Part shown: positions 26,548 to 35,237 of the stretch, one piece after another | Position numbering within the stretch: the stretch's first letter is position 1 | Layout of the letters: each line of letters begins with the position of its first letter | IMG/VR virus record: IMGVR_UViG_3300042191_000222 | Span: 1 to 38,977 of that record | Direction: 5' to 3' (one strand) | DNA from: a virus | Taxonomy: Duplodnaviria; Caudoviricetes | DNA: 38,977 nt | Notes under the pieces: generated by a model | The model's database searches: none | The model's input: the letters and a program-made list of their open reading frames with translations, nothing else | Told to the model about the DNA's origin: nothing | Made by a program: the position numbers and the translations under genes

Positions 26548-28407
26548 ATGGCGCGTTGTGGCTGCCAAGGTGCAGGCAGCACTACGTGCGAAGCCATAGT
26601 CCGGTGCGTCGTGGCCAACCTTGGCCCCGGTTTGGCGTTCGTCAACGGCCGTATCCAGGTGCGTCTGTCTCGCGACGCAGGAAACATCACTGTTTTCGGC
26701 TCTGACCAGGGCATCTATACCCCCGGTGGCACTATTCCCCCCGATGAGGGCCGCAAAACTGTCGAAGGACTACCCGACCAGGTGTTCGCTGGCATGTTCG
26801 GTGGTGCCGGACTGCTTCACGCCTACGCCTCACCGGCCGCCATTGAATACGCCGTCGCCAACCGCATCGATGTCATCGACAACATGTCGTGGGCTTCGAC
26901 CGACGACGTGGCAGTGTGGTCGCCTGCGCCGCCCAGTGGGACCGCCGCGTCGACAGGTTTCTACACACTAAACCTGTCTAATGCCTCGATTCGGTTTTTG
27001 GATTCAGAGCAATGGGTGCAGCAGGTATCCGACGCCGGTACCCCTGACGGTAACCCGACCGGTCGAAATTCCGGCGCACCAGCGGCTTTCCTGACACCTG
27101 ACGGTGGTTGGTACGGATTCAACCAGGCTCACTACAACCTGATGACTACGGCGCAGGCACTCAAGCAAATCGGTGCTCGCGCCGTGGTGTTCCTCATCCA
27201 GATGAACGACGGAGATATGGATGTAGACGCCAACATCAATGCGATCTTGGGCCTGAACGCTCAAGACTGGGTGGTGCCGTTCGTCAACGCTGCATCACTG
27301 GACACCGTGACCCGGTTCTTGGACACCTCGATTCCGCATGTGGGAGTCAACGTGGCCGATGACACGACAGTCACCGCTGGAGAGATCGTGTCCTCGGGTG
27401 CTACCTGGGTAAGAATCAATCACACTCAAGGCGTCGGCAGGATCGGCGAGTTCGTGACCGCCGGTCTCCAGGTCGTCCCGATCACCAACTGTCGCCAAAC
27501 TGTCACTACGGGTATGTTCGCTGCCGGTGTGCGCGGCATCACCTGCCCCGACCCGGTATACGCCCGAGGAGCCCTCGGCGACGAATGGCGCGAATACCGG
27601 CGCGGATCAATAACATTCGCGTTTCGTACCACTGAAACAGGAATGCTGACACCCGACACCGACACCGGTGCCATCTTGAGCGCACGAGGGTACGCCAAGC
27701 AGGCCGAGTTCGGCCGCTACTTCCAACAACGTGCAATGTGGAACGGAAACGTTGCCAGGGAACTCCCCAACCAACTCCTCGGAAAATTCAACCCATCGGT
27801 CAACGTCGACGAATACACGATGACCATGGCTGTGCAGCTTGACCAAACAACACTACCGTCGGGTAGCTTCCAGTACCAGGGATGGCTGTTCGCCAACGAC
27901 AACGACCTCGACCCCTCACACCCCATCTCAACAACCCCACCGGCTACACGTCATGGATACCTGGCATACATCGGAGTCGGAACCAGCAATGCTGGGCGAC
28001 TGGTTATCGGTAAGTTCTCGGCCACCGGAGTCTTCACGCAACTAGCGCAATCGGCAACAACCCGCCCGGTAACACCCAACTCATGGGTCAACTTGCAACT
28101 GCAAGTCAACGCCGACGAAATCACGCTGACCAGGACTGACGGTGCTCCGGCGTACTCGGTGACCGTCACCGACACCGACTGGCGCGGCCCCTACTTCTAT
28201 TACGTCTGGCGAGACGCCTCAACCCTCAGCCAGACGCCATTCCAGCACGGGTACCGGGACAACTTCTTTAACCCCGGCACCACATCAGCCGTCGTGTGGG
28301 ACCAACTGACACTTCAATACGCCAACTGGACCGAGTTCGCCACCGCAGCCACCACATGGGGCGCTGCGGAAACATCACAGCCCGCAGGATCTGCTGCGGG
28401 AGAATAG
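26548..28407 (+). CDS. tail tip / receptor-binding protein with degenerate GDPD-like barrel and beta-sandwich domain
   Basis: MARCGC N-terminus. GDPD-like layout from FAGMFGGAG to AGVRGITCPDPVY, then a ConA-like beta region. Confidence 0.65.
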   Translation: MARCGCQGAGSTTCEAIVRCVVANLGPGLAFVNGRIQVRLSRDAGNITVFGSDQGIYTPGGTIPPDEGRKTVEGLPDQVFAGMFGGAGLLHAYASPAAIEYAVANRIDVIDNMSWASTDDVAVWSPAPPSGTAASTGFYTLNLSNASIRFLDSEQWVQQVSDAGTPDGNPTGRNSGAPAAFLTPDGGWYGFNQAHYNLMTTAQALKQIGARAVVFLIQMNDGDMDVDANINAILGLNAQDWVVPFVNAASLDTVTRFLDTSIPHVGVNVADDTTVTAGEIVSSGATWVRINHTQGVGRIGEFVTAGLQVVPITNCRQTVTTGMFAAGVRGITCPDPVYARGALGDEWREYRRGSITFAFRTTETGMLTPDTDTGAILSARGYAKQAEFGRYFQQRAMWNGNVARELPNQLLGKFNPSVNVDEYTMTMAVQLDQTTLPSGSFQYQGWLFANDNDLDPSHPISTTPPATRHGYLAYIGVGTSNAGRLVIGKFSATGVFTQLAQSATTRPVTPNSWVNLQLQVNADEITLTRTDGAPAYSVTVTDTDWRGPYFYYVWRDASTLSQTPFQHGYRDNFFNPGTTSAVVWDQLTLQYANWTEFATAATTWGAAETSQPAGSAAGE

Positions 28408-28415
28408 GGGTAACA

Positions 28416-28829
28416 ATGGCCGGAGTCAGCACCAACTTTGGCTGGAACTACGTCAACTCCGGGGCCGACCCGGTATCGGGACCAAGCAACTTCGCACACG
28501 TCCAGCAGATCGACACTACGCTGGGGCGAGTTGTCGGCCCCCAGCGTAGTGTCGTGTTCGGGTCGCGACGTGTAGTCCCCACCGGGGGTACGGGTGAGGC
28601 AGCGATCAAGCAATACGCGATTACATACCCAGCGTTGACCGGGTCGTTCTTCACGTGCTTTCTTCGCTCGGGAACATCACGCCCAGACTCAGTTTCCCCA
28701 TCGACGGCTTTGAATGTTACAGCGACGGGATTCGACCTATTCGCTTACCGCGCCAACTCCACTACCGCGTACACCGTGTACTGGGTTGTGTTCGGTATCA
28801 CCACGTACGCGGCGGGCAGCGACGTTTAG
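28416..28829 (+). CDS. small tail fibre-like protein
   Basis: T.NFGW.Y.....P N-terminus and a beta-rich VTATGF....R......VYW C-terminus. Confidence 0.65.
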   Translation: MAGVSTNFGWNYVNSGADPVSGPSNFAHVQQIDTTLGRVVGPQRSVVFGSRRVVPTGGTGEAAIKQYAITYPALTGSFFTCFLRSGTSRPDSVSPSTALNVTATGFDLFAYRANSTTAYTVYWVVFGITTYAAGSDV

Positions 28830-29206
28830 GGTTTCGATTTTCGGTTGGCCAATTGTTCGATTGTCCGTTCGCGAGCGACAAGATTCATGATCATCTCTGC
28901 TTGTGTCCTGTTCTCGCGCGCACACCACTGATGGAACCATGCGTACAAGCTGGCCGGGAATGGTCGGACGATCGCATCGATGATGGGGCTCGGATCATGG
29001 GGATGAGGCACCTTGATCCGTGGCCTGCGAGCAACGGTGGGTTCCGGTTTGGGTGCCGCTGGTATGTCCGGAGTTTTAGGGGCCGGTGTCCTTGATGCCG
29101 GTGATGCTGCTGCCCGCTTTGGGGGGACCACGGTCGATTTTGTCAGTGGTTTCTGTTTGGAAGCCTTATCGGGTTTACGGTTGGAAAAGTCCACGGCAAG
29201 ATCCAT
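28826..29206 (-). CDS. putative ribbon-helix-helix DNA-binding protein
   Basis: Disordered Lys/Pro N-terminus, then IVRPFPASLYAWFHQWCARENRTQAEMIMNLV (beta-alpha-alpha pattern). Confidence 0.6.
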   Translation of the reverse strand: MDLAVDFSNRKPDKASKQKPLTKSTVVPPKRAAASPASRTPAPKTPDIPAAPKPEPTVARRPRIKVPHPHDPSPIIDAIVRPFPASLYAWFHQWCARENRTQAEMIMNLVARERTIEQLANRKSKP

Positions 29207-29358
29207 GAAAACCTCACGAGGGTTGGATAGTGGTTGCTGCGGTAAGCAGTGACCACCGGTTGGTGAAGAGACAAACTGAGCCTAGCAACGGCTGAGGCTG
29301 TAATCCAGTCCTCGAACGAACATGATACCCGACTCACAAATGCCATATGTACCTTCTT

Positions 29359-29424
29359 ATGCGCGCGTACGCGCGGGTACGCGCCTACCTACGCGCGTAC
29401 CCGCGTACCCGTGCGCGCACGCGC
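29359..29424. repeat. CGCG(C/G)GTAC repeat and palindrome array (candidate centromere or origin element)
   Basis: Tandem GCGCG(C/G)GTAC units; 29372-29384 is the reverse complement of 29393-29405. Confidence 0.65.
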
Positions 29425-29478
29425 AAACCGGGGTGTGCCCGCGCCGCCACAGTGGTGCGGGCACACATCCGGTCACGC

Positions 29479-30213
29479 CTACGTCCGTTCGGGTATGTCC
29501 GTCTGGGTGAGCCCAGCGTCGTATGCCTGTGCCTGGATCATCAACTCCGTATACCCGTGGGCACGTGCGGTGGCGCACTCGTCCGCCCAATCCTGTCCAG
29601 CCATGGCCGCAGCCTCCTTGGCGGCAGCGAACCTGCCAGCGGCAGCCCGCACGTGGTGACGCAGACGGTTAGCTACCCGCTTATCCAGCGGCGCGGCTGC
29701 CTGCTGCTGCTGGTGGACAGCCACCGATCCATCTACCGGTGCGCCGATGTTCGCTGGTGCGTCAGCCGGTACGCCCGTAGTTACGGGCTGTGGTGCAGGT
29801 GTCTCTAGTGGTTGGGGTGGTACCACCCCCGTCAGTGCAGATGGTTGCGCGGTTACTTGGCCACCGGTGACCGCAGCGGCTGATGCGCCTACTGTGGTCG
29901 CCGCGTGCCCGGATTCGGATGTGGCTGCGGTGGCTGGCCCCGGCGTGGCGCCGTCCGCAGCCATCGGTTTATGTACGGACGTATCCGCTTCAGTGGCCAC
30001 CGGCGACCCCACTGACGCAGCACCGCCTGAGCGCTCCTGTGCGACCGCGTTGGCCCCTGGGGTTGCCGGTTCCCCTGCCATCGCCTGTTCGGGCGTCTGC
30101 GTTGGTTCTCGGGTGGTTTCCGGGGGTGTCTGCGGCTCGTCCCTGGGTGCTGGTTTCCGGGTACGAGGGGCGACCCGCTTGCGGGCCTCTGCTGAGGAGC
30201 TTGCCTTACGCAT
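29479..30213 (-). CDS. ParA partner protein (possible ParB-like adaptor)
   Basis: Overlaps the parA stop. Basic N-terminus, long Ala/Pro/Thr linker and helical C-terminus. Confidence 0.6.
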   Translation of the reverse strand: MRKASSSAEARKRVAPRTRKPAPRDEPQTPPETTREPTQTPEQAMAGEPATPGANAVAQERSGGAASVGSPVATEADTSVHKPMAADGATPGPATAATSESGHAATTVGASAAAVTGGQVTAQPSALTGVVPPQPLETPAPQPVTTGVPADAPANIGAPVDGSVAVHQQQQAAAPLDKRVANRLRHHVRAAAGRFAAAKEAAAMAGQDWADECATARAHGYTELMIQAQAYDAGLTQTDIPERT

Positions 30214-30946
30214 GGTTTTCTCCCTTCACCATTTCCTCCTCGATCTCGGCGGCCATGTTGGCGATCTCGATCGTCTTGACATCAGATGCGTTGGTCAAAT
30301 CGATGTCGACGCCCGATTCGCTGGGGTGGCGCATTCCCAGCTTCATGTAGTTTTTGCGTACTGGGAACGGGTGATCAAAGACGCCGATCATTTCGGCCTC
30401 GGGGACATTGTTGGCTTCCTGTTCTTCGAGGTATTCGTCCTGAAGTGTCTTGACGATCCGGGTTGCTCCCGGTGGGATCTTGGTCAGCAGAATCCCCTTG
30501 GTCACGGTTCGCTTGAATCTTGCTTCGCCGACGGTGACAGCGTCGAAGGCGTCATCGATGGTGATGCTTTCCAGCACTGATTCGCCGGTGGCCACGACGA
30601 ACAGGTCGGCGAAACCAGTGGCTGCTGTGGCCAGTTTGTTGCGTCCTCCACCGATGTCGACGAATGCGATGTCGGCGTCGGCGGAGGTTTCGGGGATCTT
30701 GTTCAGAAGTGTTTCGCCAATCGCGCTCTTCCAGGTGAACGGCACTTTGTCGCGGCCGGGCATGTCGTTGATGGTGTCGAGCCATCGGGTGAGTGATTCG
30801 TGTTCGGGGTCGGCGTCGTGGGTGTGGACGCGGAACTTGCGGATAGTGCTGAAGTACCAGGCCATCAGGACTACCCAGCTGGTTTTGGCGACGTTGGCCT
30901 TGCTGGAGTAGGTGGCGACTATGAACGGTTTCGGTCGTGTATACAT
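30206..30946 (-). CDS. parA: ParA/Soj-family partition ATPase
   Basis: K..V.KT (KANVAKT) P-loop, DADP Walker A', and IAFVD Walker B; 246 aa. Confidence 0.85.
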   Translation of the reverse strand: MYTRPKPFIVATYSSKANVAKTSWVVLMAWYFSTIRKFRVHTHDADPEHESLTRWLDTINDMPGRDKVPFTWKSAIGETLLNKIPETSADADIAFVDIGGGRNKLATAATGFADLFVVATGESVLESITIDDAFDAVTVGEARFKRTVTKGILLTKIPPGATRIVKTLQDEYLEEQEANNVPEAEMIGVFDHPFPVRKNYMKLGMRHPSESGVDIDLTNASDVKTIEIANMAAEIEEEMVKGENHA

Positions 30947-31150
30947 TTCTATCCTTCAATGGGGGATCGATGGGTGAATTGGTCGCTTTGTCTATTACAT
31001 GGCTTTTATCCTTTTGTGTCGTTTCGGGTACGTAAAGGTGACCGTCAGGCTGAATCAGGTCAGTAATCTGGCTTTGCCGGTTGCACATTCGCACCTAATC
31101 GGACATGCTTAAACAAATGTTTGCCTCTGCATGCGGAAAGGAACGCGCCG

Positions 31151-31516
31151 ATGATTACGTATCCGGCGATACTCCAGCTGACTGGGCAGGTGCACCCGGC
31201 GCTGGTGCGTGCTGGTGTTGGGGTGGTCAATCAGTGGGATGCGGTGGCTGTCAATCGGCGGGGAGTGTTCCGCATTGATGACAGCTCCGGGCCGGAGCGG
31301 TGGATTCCGCTGGCCACCGACATCGATACCACATGTTTGCTGTGGGATTTGGGTATTGATCCCGATCATGGCCGAACGACCATAGAGGTTCGTCCGGCTG
31401 GTACTGAGGTGGTTGTCCGATCGGACAACCACGTCCATGGATACGCGCTACTGGACAGTAGCGATTTTGATATGGACTCCGATCAGGGGCTAGCCGATTA
31501 CGCCGAGGGCGGCTAG
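31151..31516 (+). CDS. hypothetical protein
   Basis: GAAAGGA SD before ATG 31151, in frame with ORF 31121..31516. Confidence 0.65.
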   Translation: MITYPAILQLTGQVHPALVRAGVGVVNQWDAVAVNRRGVFRIDDSSGPERWIPLATDIDTTCLLWDLGIDPDHGRTTIEVRPAGTEVVVRSDNHVHGYALLDSSDFDMDSDQGLADYAEGG

Positions 31517-31621
31517 CGCGGTGGCCAGTCCACCACAGATGATGGCGATGCCGAGGACAAGCAGGAGAAATAGTAGAACCGACTGGATCGGCGACAGTTT
31601 CGTGCCGGGCCGGTCGCTCAC
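31490..31621 (-). CDS. 43-aa single-pass membrane peptide
   Basis: GTG overlaps the SSI stop (GTGA); GGGGGA SD; VLLFLLLVLGIAIICGGLATALAALGVIG. Confidence 0.6.
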   Translation of the reverse strand: MSDRPGTKLSPIQSVLLFLLLVLGIAIICGGLATALAALGVIG

Positions 31622-32031
31622 GCAGTTCCCCCGGTAAGCGCGAAGACCGGGTAGGTAGACCGCTTTAGCTCGCAGGCGTTCCCGAACGTGTGCGTATAGG
31701 TGACGGGCTGGCCTTGCCAAGTGCCGTAGGCCATGGCGGTGACTGGCTTGTACTGGGTGGTGCACACCAGGTCGGGCAAGCCCGACAGCTCGTCGAGGTT
31801 GCCGTCGGCTTCGGTGATCTCGGCGCATGCCCTCCAGGGTTGCGGATGGGTACCGCCGGGTGGCTGGCATGTCAGTATCGCTGATTGGAATCCGTCCTGG
31901 CTGGTTGTGGCCAGCCAAAGGGCGGAACCATCTGACAGTGGTTCGTCGGTGGCGTGGCCGTGGGCGGGTGTGGTGGTCAAAGCGATGACGGCCGCGATAG
32001 CGGCCAGCGCGGTTGCGATGTGTCGGTTCAT
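31618..32031 (-). CDS. secreted Streptomyces subtilisin inhibitor (SSI, I16) family protein
   Basis: Signal peptide followed by LTC.P.GGTHP....AC, CTTQY.PV, G.W.G..V.Y...FGN.C and VF; all four conserved Cys present. Confidence 0.92.
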   Translation of the reverse strand: MNRHIATALAAIAAVIALTTTPAHGHATDEPLSDGSALWLATTSQDGFQSAILTCQPPGGTHPQPWRACAEITEADGNLDELSGLPDLVCTTQYKPVTAMAYGTWQGQPVTYTHTFGNACELKRSTYPVFALTGGTA

Positions 32032-32211
32032 GATCCTGTGGTGGTGTTTGTGAGGTATCGATGCGGCCGGATTATTGTGTTTGCCCCGTCCGGCCGCATC
32101 TTTGATCCCCTTGAGAAGATCGTTGCCTCGCTTGGTGTAGCGGGTTGGCAACGGTTGGTTTATCAACTGTAGCGACAAACTGGTTGATTGTCGCCCATTT
32201 GACAGTATTTT

Positions 32212-32502
32212 CTACTTACCGGACATATTGTCTATCGTCCCGTCAAACAGGGGGACACCTGTGATTTCCTGACCCAGTAGCAGTATCAAACCCAAAACGA
32301 TGGCGATGGCGATCAGCCACAACAGCAGTCGATTGCACGATTTCCACAGTGCCCGAACGGGCCAGGTGATGGCATTGATCAGGCGTGCGGTGATGCCGTA
32401 ATGCTGCTTGAACACCACTAGGATCAGAAAAACTGTGATCCCGCCCATCAGCAGTGCACATTCCAGGGTGGCCAGGTCGGTACCCAGCTGTGAAGAGGTC
32501 AC
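32212..32502 (-). CDS. 2-TM membrane protein
   Basis: AGGAG SD before GTG 32502; two hydrophobic helices. Confidence 0.65.
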   Translation of the reverse strand: MTSSQLGTDLATLECALLMGGITVFLILVVFKQHYGITARLINAITWPVRALWKSCNRLLLWLIAIAIVLGLILLLGQEITGVPLFDGTIDNMSGK

Positions 32503-32848
32503 GGTTTCTCCTACCGATGAACGGTTTAAGGCCGCCTGTGCCTCCAGTGCTGATGTAGGACGCCACAAGCGGTACGAGGGATTCAGTGGGTCGCCCAGCG
32601 GCAGCAGCGATGGTTGCTACTCGCGCGGCGACTGCTGACACCATGGGGTCGCCTCCTGGTGTTGACAGTTCGGACAGGATGCGTTGTTCCCAGAACCGGG
32701 CGGTAGGCGGCAGGGTGGTGCGGTCGCTCACAACGAGGGGTCTTTCATGGGGGTATCGACTGTTGGGGTGGGCAGGGACCGTCAGCCAATTGCGGTCCCC
32801 GCCCTGTCAGCATCCTCTAGATGCGTCAGCCAGTATGCCCCAACGGTT

Positions 32849-33370
32849 CTACCGGCTGACGCGTACCGCAGTCGTGTTGACCTGCATCGTTATGGGAGTT
32901 ATCTGGTATGGCCATGTGGTTCGCTGGATATTAGTGGTTAGCGTCACGCTGCGCAGTGTCCATCCTGTAATGAGTTGGACGCCGCGACTGTCGATCGTGA
33001 CATTGTCACGTTCGATCCATCCCACATCAGGGCACGCCCACACTGGTTTTCCGGGGTTGCGCAGGTCGTCCAATGCCACCTGCGAACACGATCCCGGTTT
33101 GATGACACCCTCGCCTACCAGATGGGTATCGGTCAACTCGATGTCTATGAGTTCGCCGATGACCAGAAATGTTGATCCGACATCCCACACCAGCGGCAGC
33201 GGGTATGAACTTCGAGGCCCGATCTGGTTCTTGTCGGGTGGCCCAAACTGGAGCTGGCAGTCGGTGACGTTGTCGTCGACTGTCGTCAACAGTGGCACCA
33301 GATTGACAGTGATGTGCGCTTCATTGGCCTTTCGGCCCTTGCGCCAGGGCGGCGCGAATGTCACACTCAT
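32849..33370 (-). CDS. hypothetical protein, weakly resembling a prohead-protease fold
   Basis: YPLPLVW, VIG.L..I, G.G, CPD and L.SVTL pattern; GAAAGAGA SD. Confidence 0.6.
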   Translation of the reverse strand: MSVTFAPPWRKGRKANEAHITVNLVPLLTTVDDNVTDCQLQFGPPDKNQIGPRSSYPLPLVWDVGSTFLVIGELIDIELTDTHLVGEGVIKPGSCSQVALDDLRNPGKPVWACPDVGWIERDNVTIDSRGVQLITGWTLRSVTLTTNIQRTTWPYQITPITMQVNTTAVRVSR

Positions 33371-33436
33371 GGTTGATCTCTTTCAAACATAGGTGCGGAC
33401 CGGCCACTGGGTGCCGGGCCGCCCCGCCTGGAGCGT

Positions 33437-33712
33437 CTACCCGGACTGGTAGTCACGCTTGAACGGTGCAGGTTTGTCGGCCGGTGAACGTCGAAACACG
33501 ACCTTCACCGGTTCGACAGGCCGGTGTGGTGATGGAATCGCAAAAATGTGACTGTTGATGTACTGCCCGTCTTGGTTACGCATTTCGCACGGCCAAGACT
33601 GGCGGCATGTTTGGACGCGGCAGCGACCATCGGCGGCGATGCCATGAGCGATGAAACGCTCCATGATCGCCAGGTCGTGGTTGATCGGCCGCTGAACGGT
33701 GTGAGCAGTCAT
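33437..33712 (-). CDS. small H/C-motif protein divergent from the XRE gene
   Basis: H.....G.C....C...WPC motif; AGGAG SD. Confidence 0.7.
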   Translation of the reverse strand: MTAHTVQRPINHDLAIMERFIAHGIAADGRCRVQTCRQSWPCEMRNQDGQYINSHIFAIPSPHRPVEPVKVVFRRSPADKPAPFKRDYQSG

Positions 33713-33868
33713 ATCTCTCCTATCAACGTGGAGGAGAACCCCAGCCCCAAGTACCTTTCAGCTACCTCGGTACCCGGATCTGGGGCAATCTCCCAGTCGT
33801 CCGACTCACTGCCCGCCGCTCGTTCGAACGTGGCGCGTCTCTTCACCACGCACGGTGGGCAGTGCCAC

Positions 33869-33945
33869 CTTGACCGTAAGCGTCAAGCAACCTTTTAAGC
33901 AACGTCCGGTTTTCGGACGAAGATAGCGGACGTTAGGATAGAGAC
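33869..33945. promoter_or_regulatory. divergent control region with candidate operators and leaderless promoter
   Basis: CTTGAC-N7-GTCAAG (33869-33887) and AACGTCCG-N18-CGGACGTT (33901-33934). TAGGAT at 33934-33939 is 6 nt before ATG 33946. Confidence 0.55.
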
Positions 33946-34812
33946 ATGGTTTCTCTCCCAGGCATGCCGAAACGTCAGCTTGGCCGGTCTCTTCGAGATC
34001 TAAGACTCAAGGCAAGAAAGACACAGGACGATGTTGTTGAGGCGGGTATTTGTGCACGATCAACGCTGAGCTTGATCGAGAACGGTACTAGTAAGAACCG
34101 AATCAAGATCACAACTGTTGCTGGACTTCTCGATTTGTATGGGGTTCCACCAGGGGTTTTGCGTGATGAGCTAAAGCGTCAAGCGAGACAAACAGGACAG
34201 AAAGAAGAATCTGTGCGGATGCTTGAAGCAGGGTATGCGCAAAGCTTGCATCAGTTGCTAGAACTAGAACAGCTCGCCTCATCCATATCTGAACACAACG
34301 AAACGCTCATATCTGGATATTTTCAAACAAAATCCTACATGCAGGCGTTGGTTCAGCACGTGATTGATTCACCAGATCCACAGATCCGGAAGCTTGATAT
34401 AGAAGAGATGGTAGAGGCTCGCGTCGATCGTGCCGAGAAGGTAAGACAACGGCTTGACCATGGTCTTCGTCTAAATTTTCTGGTGAACTTCGCTGCGCTA
34501 GAGGTCCAAGTTGGCGGCATTAAGACTATGCGCGAACAACGCGATTTTCTAGCTCACTGGTCAGAGCATCCCAGCGTATCTATCTCTGTGGTTCCTCCAT
34601 CGGCGGGGGCGTATCCCTGCATCCAACGTCGGTTCATTATTTTGGAGTTTGATAACCCCATGGACCCGACAACGATCTTCGAAGAGAGCTCTCACAGTCC
34701 ACGATATCGTGATGCCAGCGAGTACGAAAATTTTGTATCTCGGTACCGGCATCTTTTCGATGAAAGTTGTCGGATTTCCCTAACCATAAAGGAGTATTTG
34801 AGTGAACACTGA
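33946..34812 (+). CDS. XRE HTH + DUF5753 regulator (WhiJ/Scr1-like)
   Basis: RQLG..LR.LR...STLS.IENG...LL.LYGV HTH, then LE..A..I......I.G..QT..Y and ..L...VGG...MR.Q...L. Confidence 0.9.
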   Translation: MVSLPGMPKRQLGRSLRDLRLKARKTQDDVVEAGICARSTLSLIENGTSKNRIKITTVAGLLDLYGVPPGVLRDELKRQARQTGQKEESVRMLEAGYAQSLHQLLELEQLASSISEHNETLISGYFQTKSYMQALVQHVIDSPDPQIRKLDIEEMVEARVDRAEKVRQRLDHGLRLNFLVNFAALEVQVGGIKTMREQRDFLAHWSEHPSVSISVVPPSAGAYPCIQRRFIILEFDNPMDPTTIFEESSHSPRYRDASEYENFVSRYRHLFDESCRISLTIKEYLSEH

Positions 34813-34990
34813 ATGGAAAAAGGCGAGTCGTTCAGCTACTGGCACCGGCACCCAGTGTGTCGAGGTGCGGTTGTACAACGGACTTCCACAGGTCCGCGAT
34901 AGCAAGCACACCGTTGACATCCTGGAGCTGTCGGACGGTGATTTCGCTGGCCTGAAGCGGGCCGCTCGTAACGGTTTTTCTGCGAAGTAA
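34802..34990 (+). CDS. DUF397-family protein (Scr2-like)
   Basis: WKKASRS......CVEV......VRDSK; coupled to the XRE gene. Confidence 0.92.
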   Translation: MNTEWKKASRSATGTGTQCVEVRLYNGLPQVRDSKHTVDILELSDGDFAGLKRAARNGFSAK

Positions 34991-35026
34991 CCGCTGAGGC
35001 GTTCCGGTACGTTACGCCTCAGCGGT
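34990..35026 (+). terminator. terminator hairpin
   Basis: 13-bp perfect stem ACCGCTGAGGCGT/ACGCCTCAGCGGT followed by GTTT. Confidence 0.75.
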
Positions 35027-35179
35027 GTTTGGGGATTCATCCAGTTTGCCACAGGTGTATGACTCACTGTCGTGAATACTGTGCGTGAGCAGGTGATGAC
35101 GGTAGGATGTGTTTCTGGGCGGTACCGGTTCCATCCCCGTGGCCGCCTCTTGAGACGTTCGTCCTGCACAACCCAGTAC

Positions 35180-35219
35180 GGAGGGCCAGGCTCACACCCG
35201 CCTGGCCCTCCACCCTTTT
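35180..35219 (+). terminator. hairpin upstream of ORF 35238 (terminator or 5' leader stem)
   Basis: 12-bp perfect stem 35180-35191/35200-35211, then ACCCTTTT. Confidence 0.5.
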
Positions 35220-35237
35220 CAAGGATGGAGAAACAAG

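Noticed and set aside
29347-29808. ORFs crossing the CGCGTAC array
   Set aside because: Low-complexity RA/RV translations of the repeat, overlapping the ParA partner gene.
32243-32731. 162-aa minus-strand ORF
   Set aside because: It overlaps the better-supported membrane gene 32212..32502 by about 260 nt and lacks a clear SD. Its 5' half could be a real or decayed gene, but I cannot support it.
28416-33370. Lysis cassette or integrase
   Set aside because: No endolysin or recombinase motifs were seen. The small TM proteins could be holins, but nothing specific supports that.
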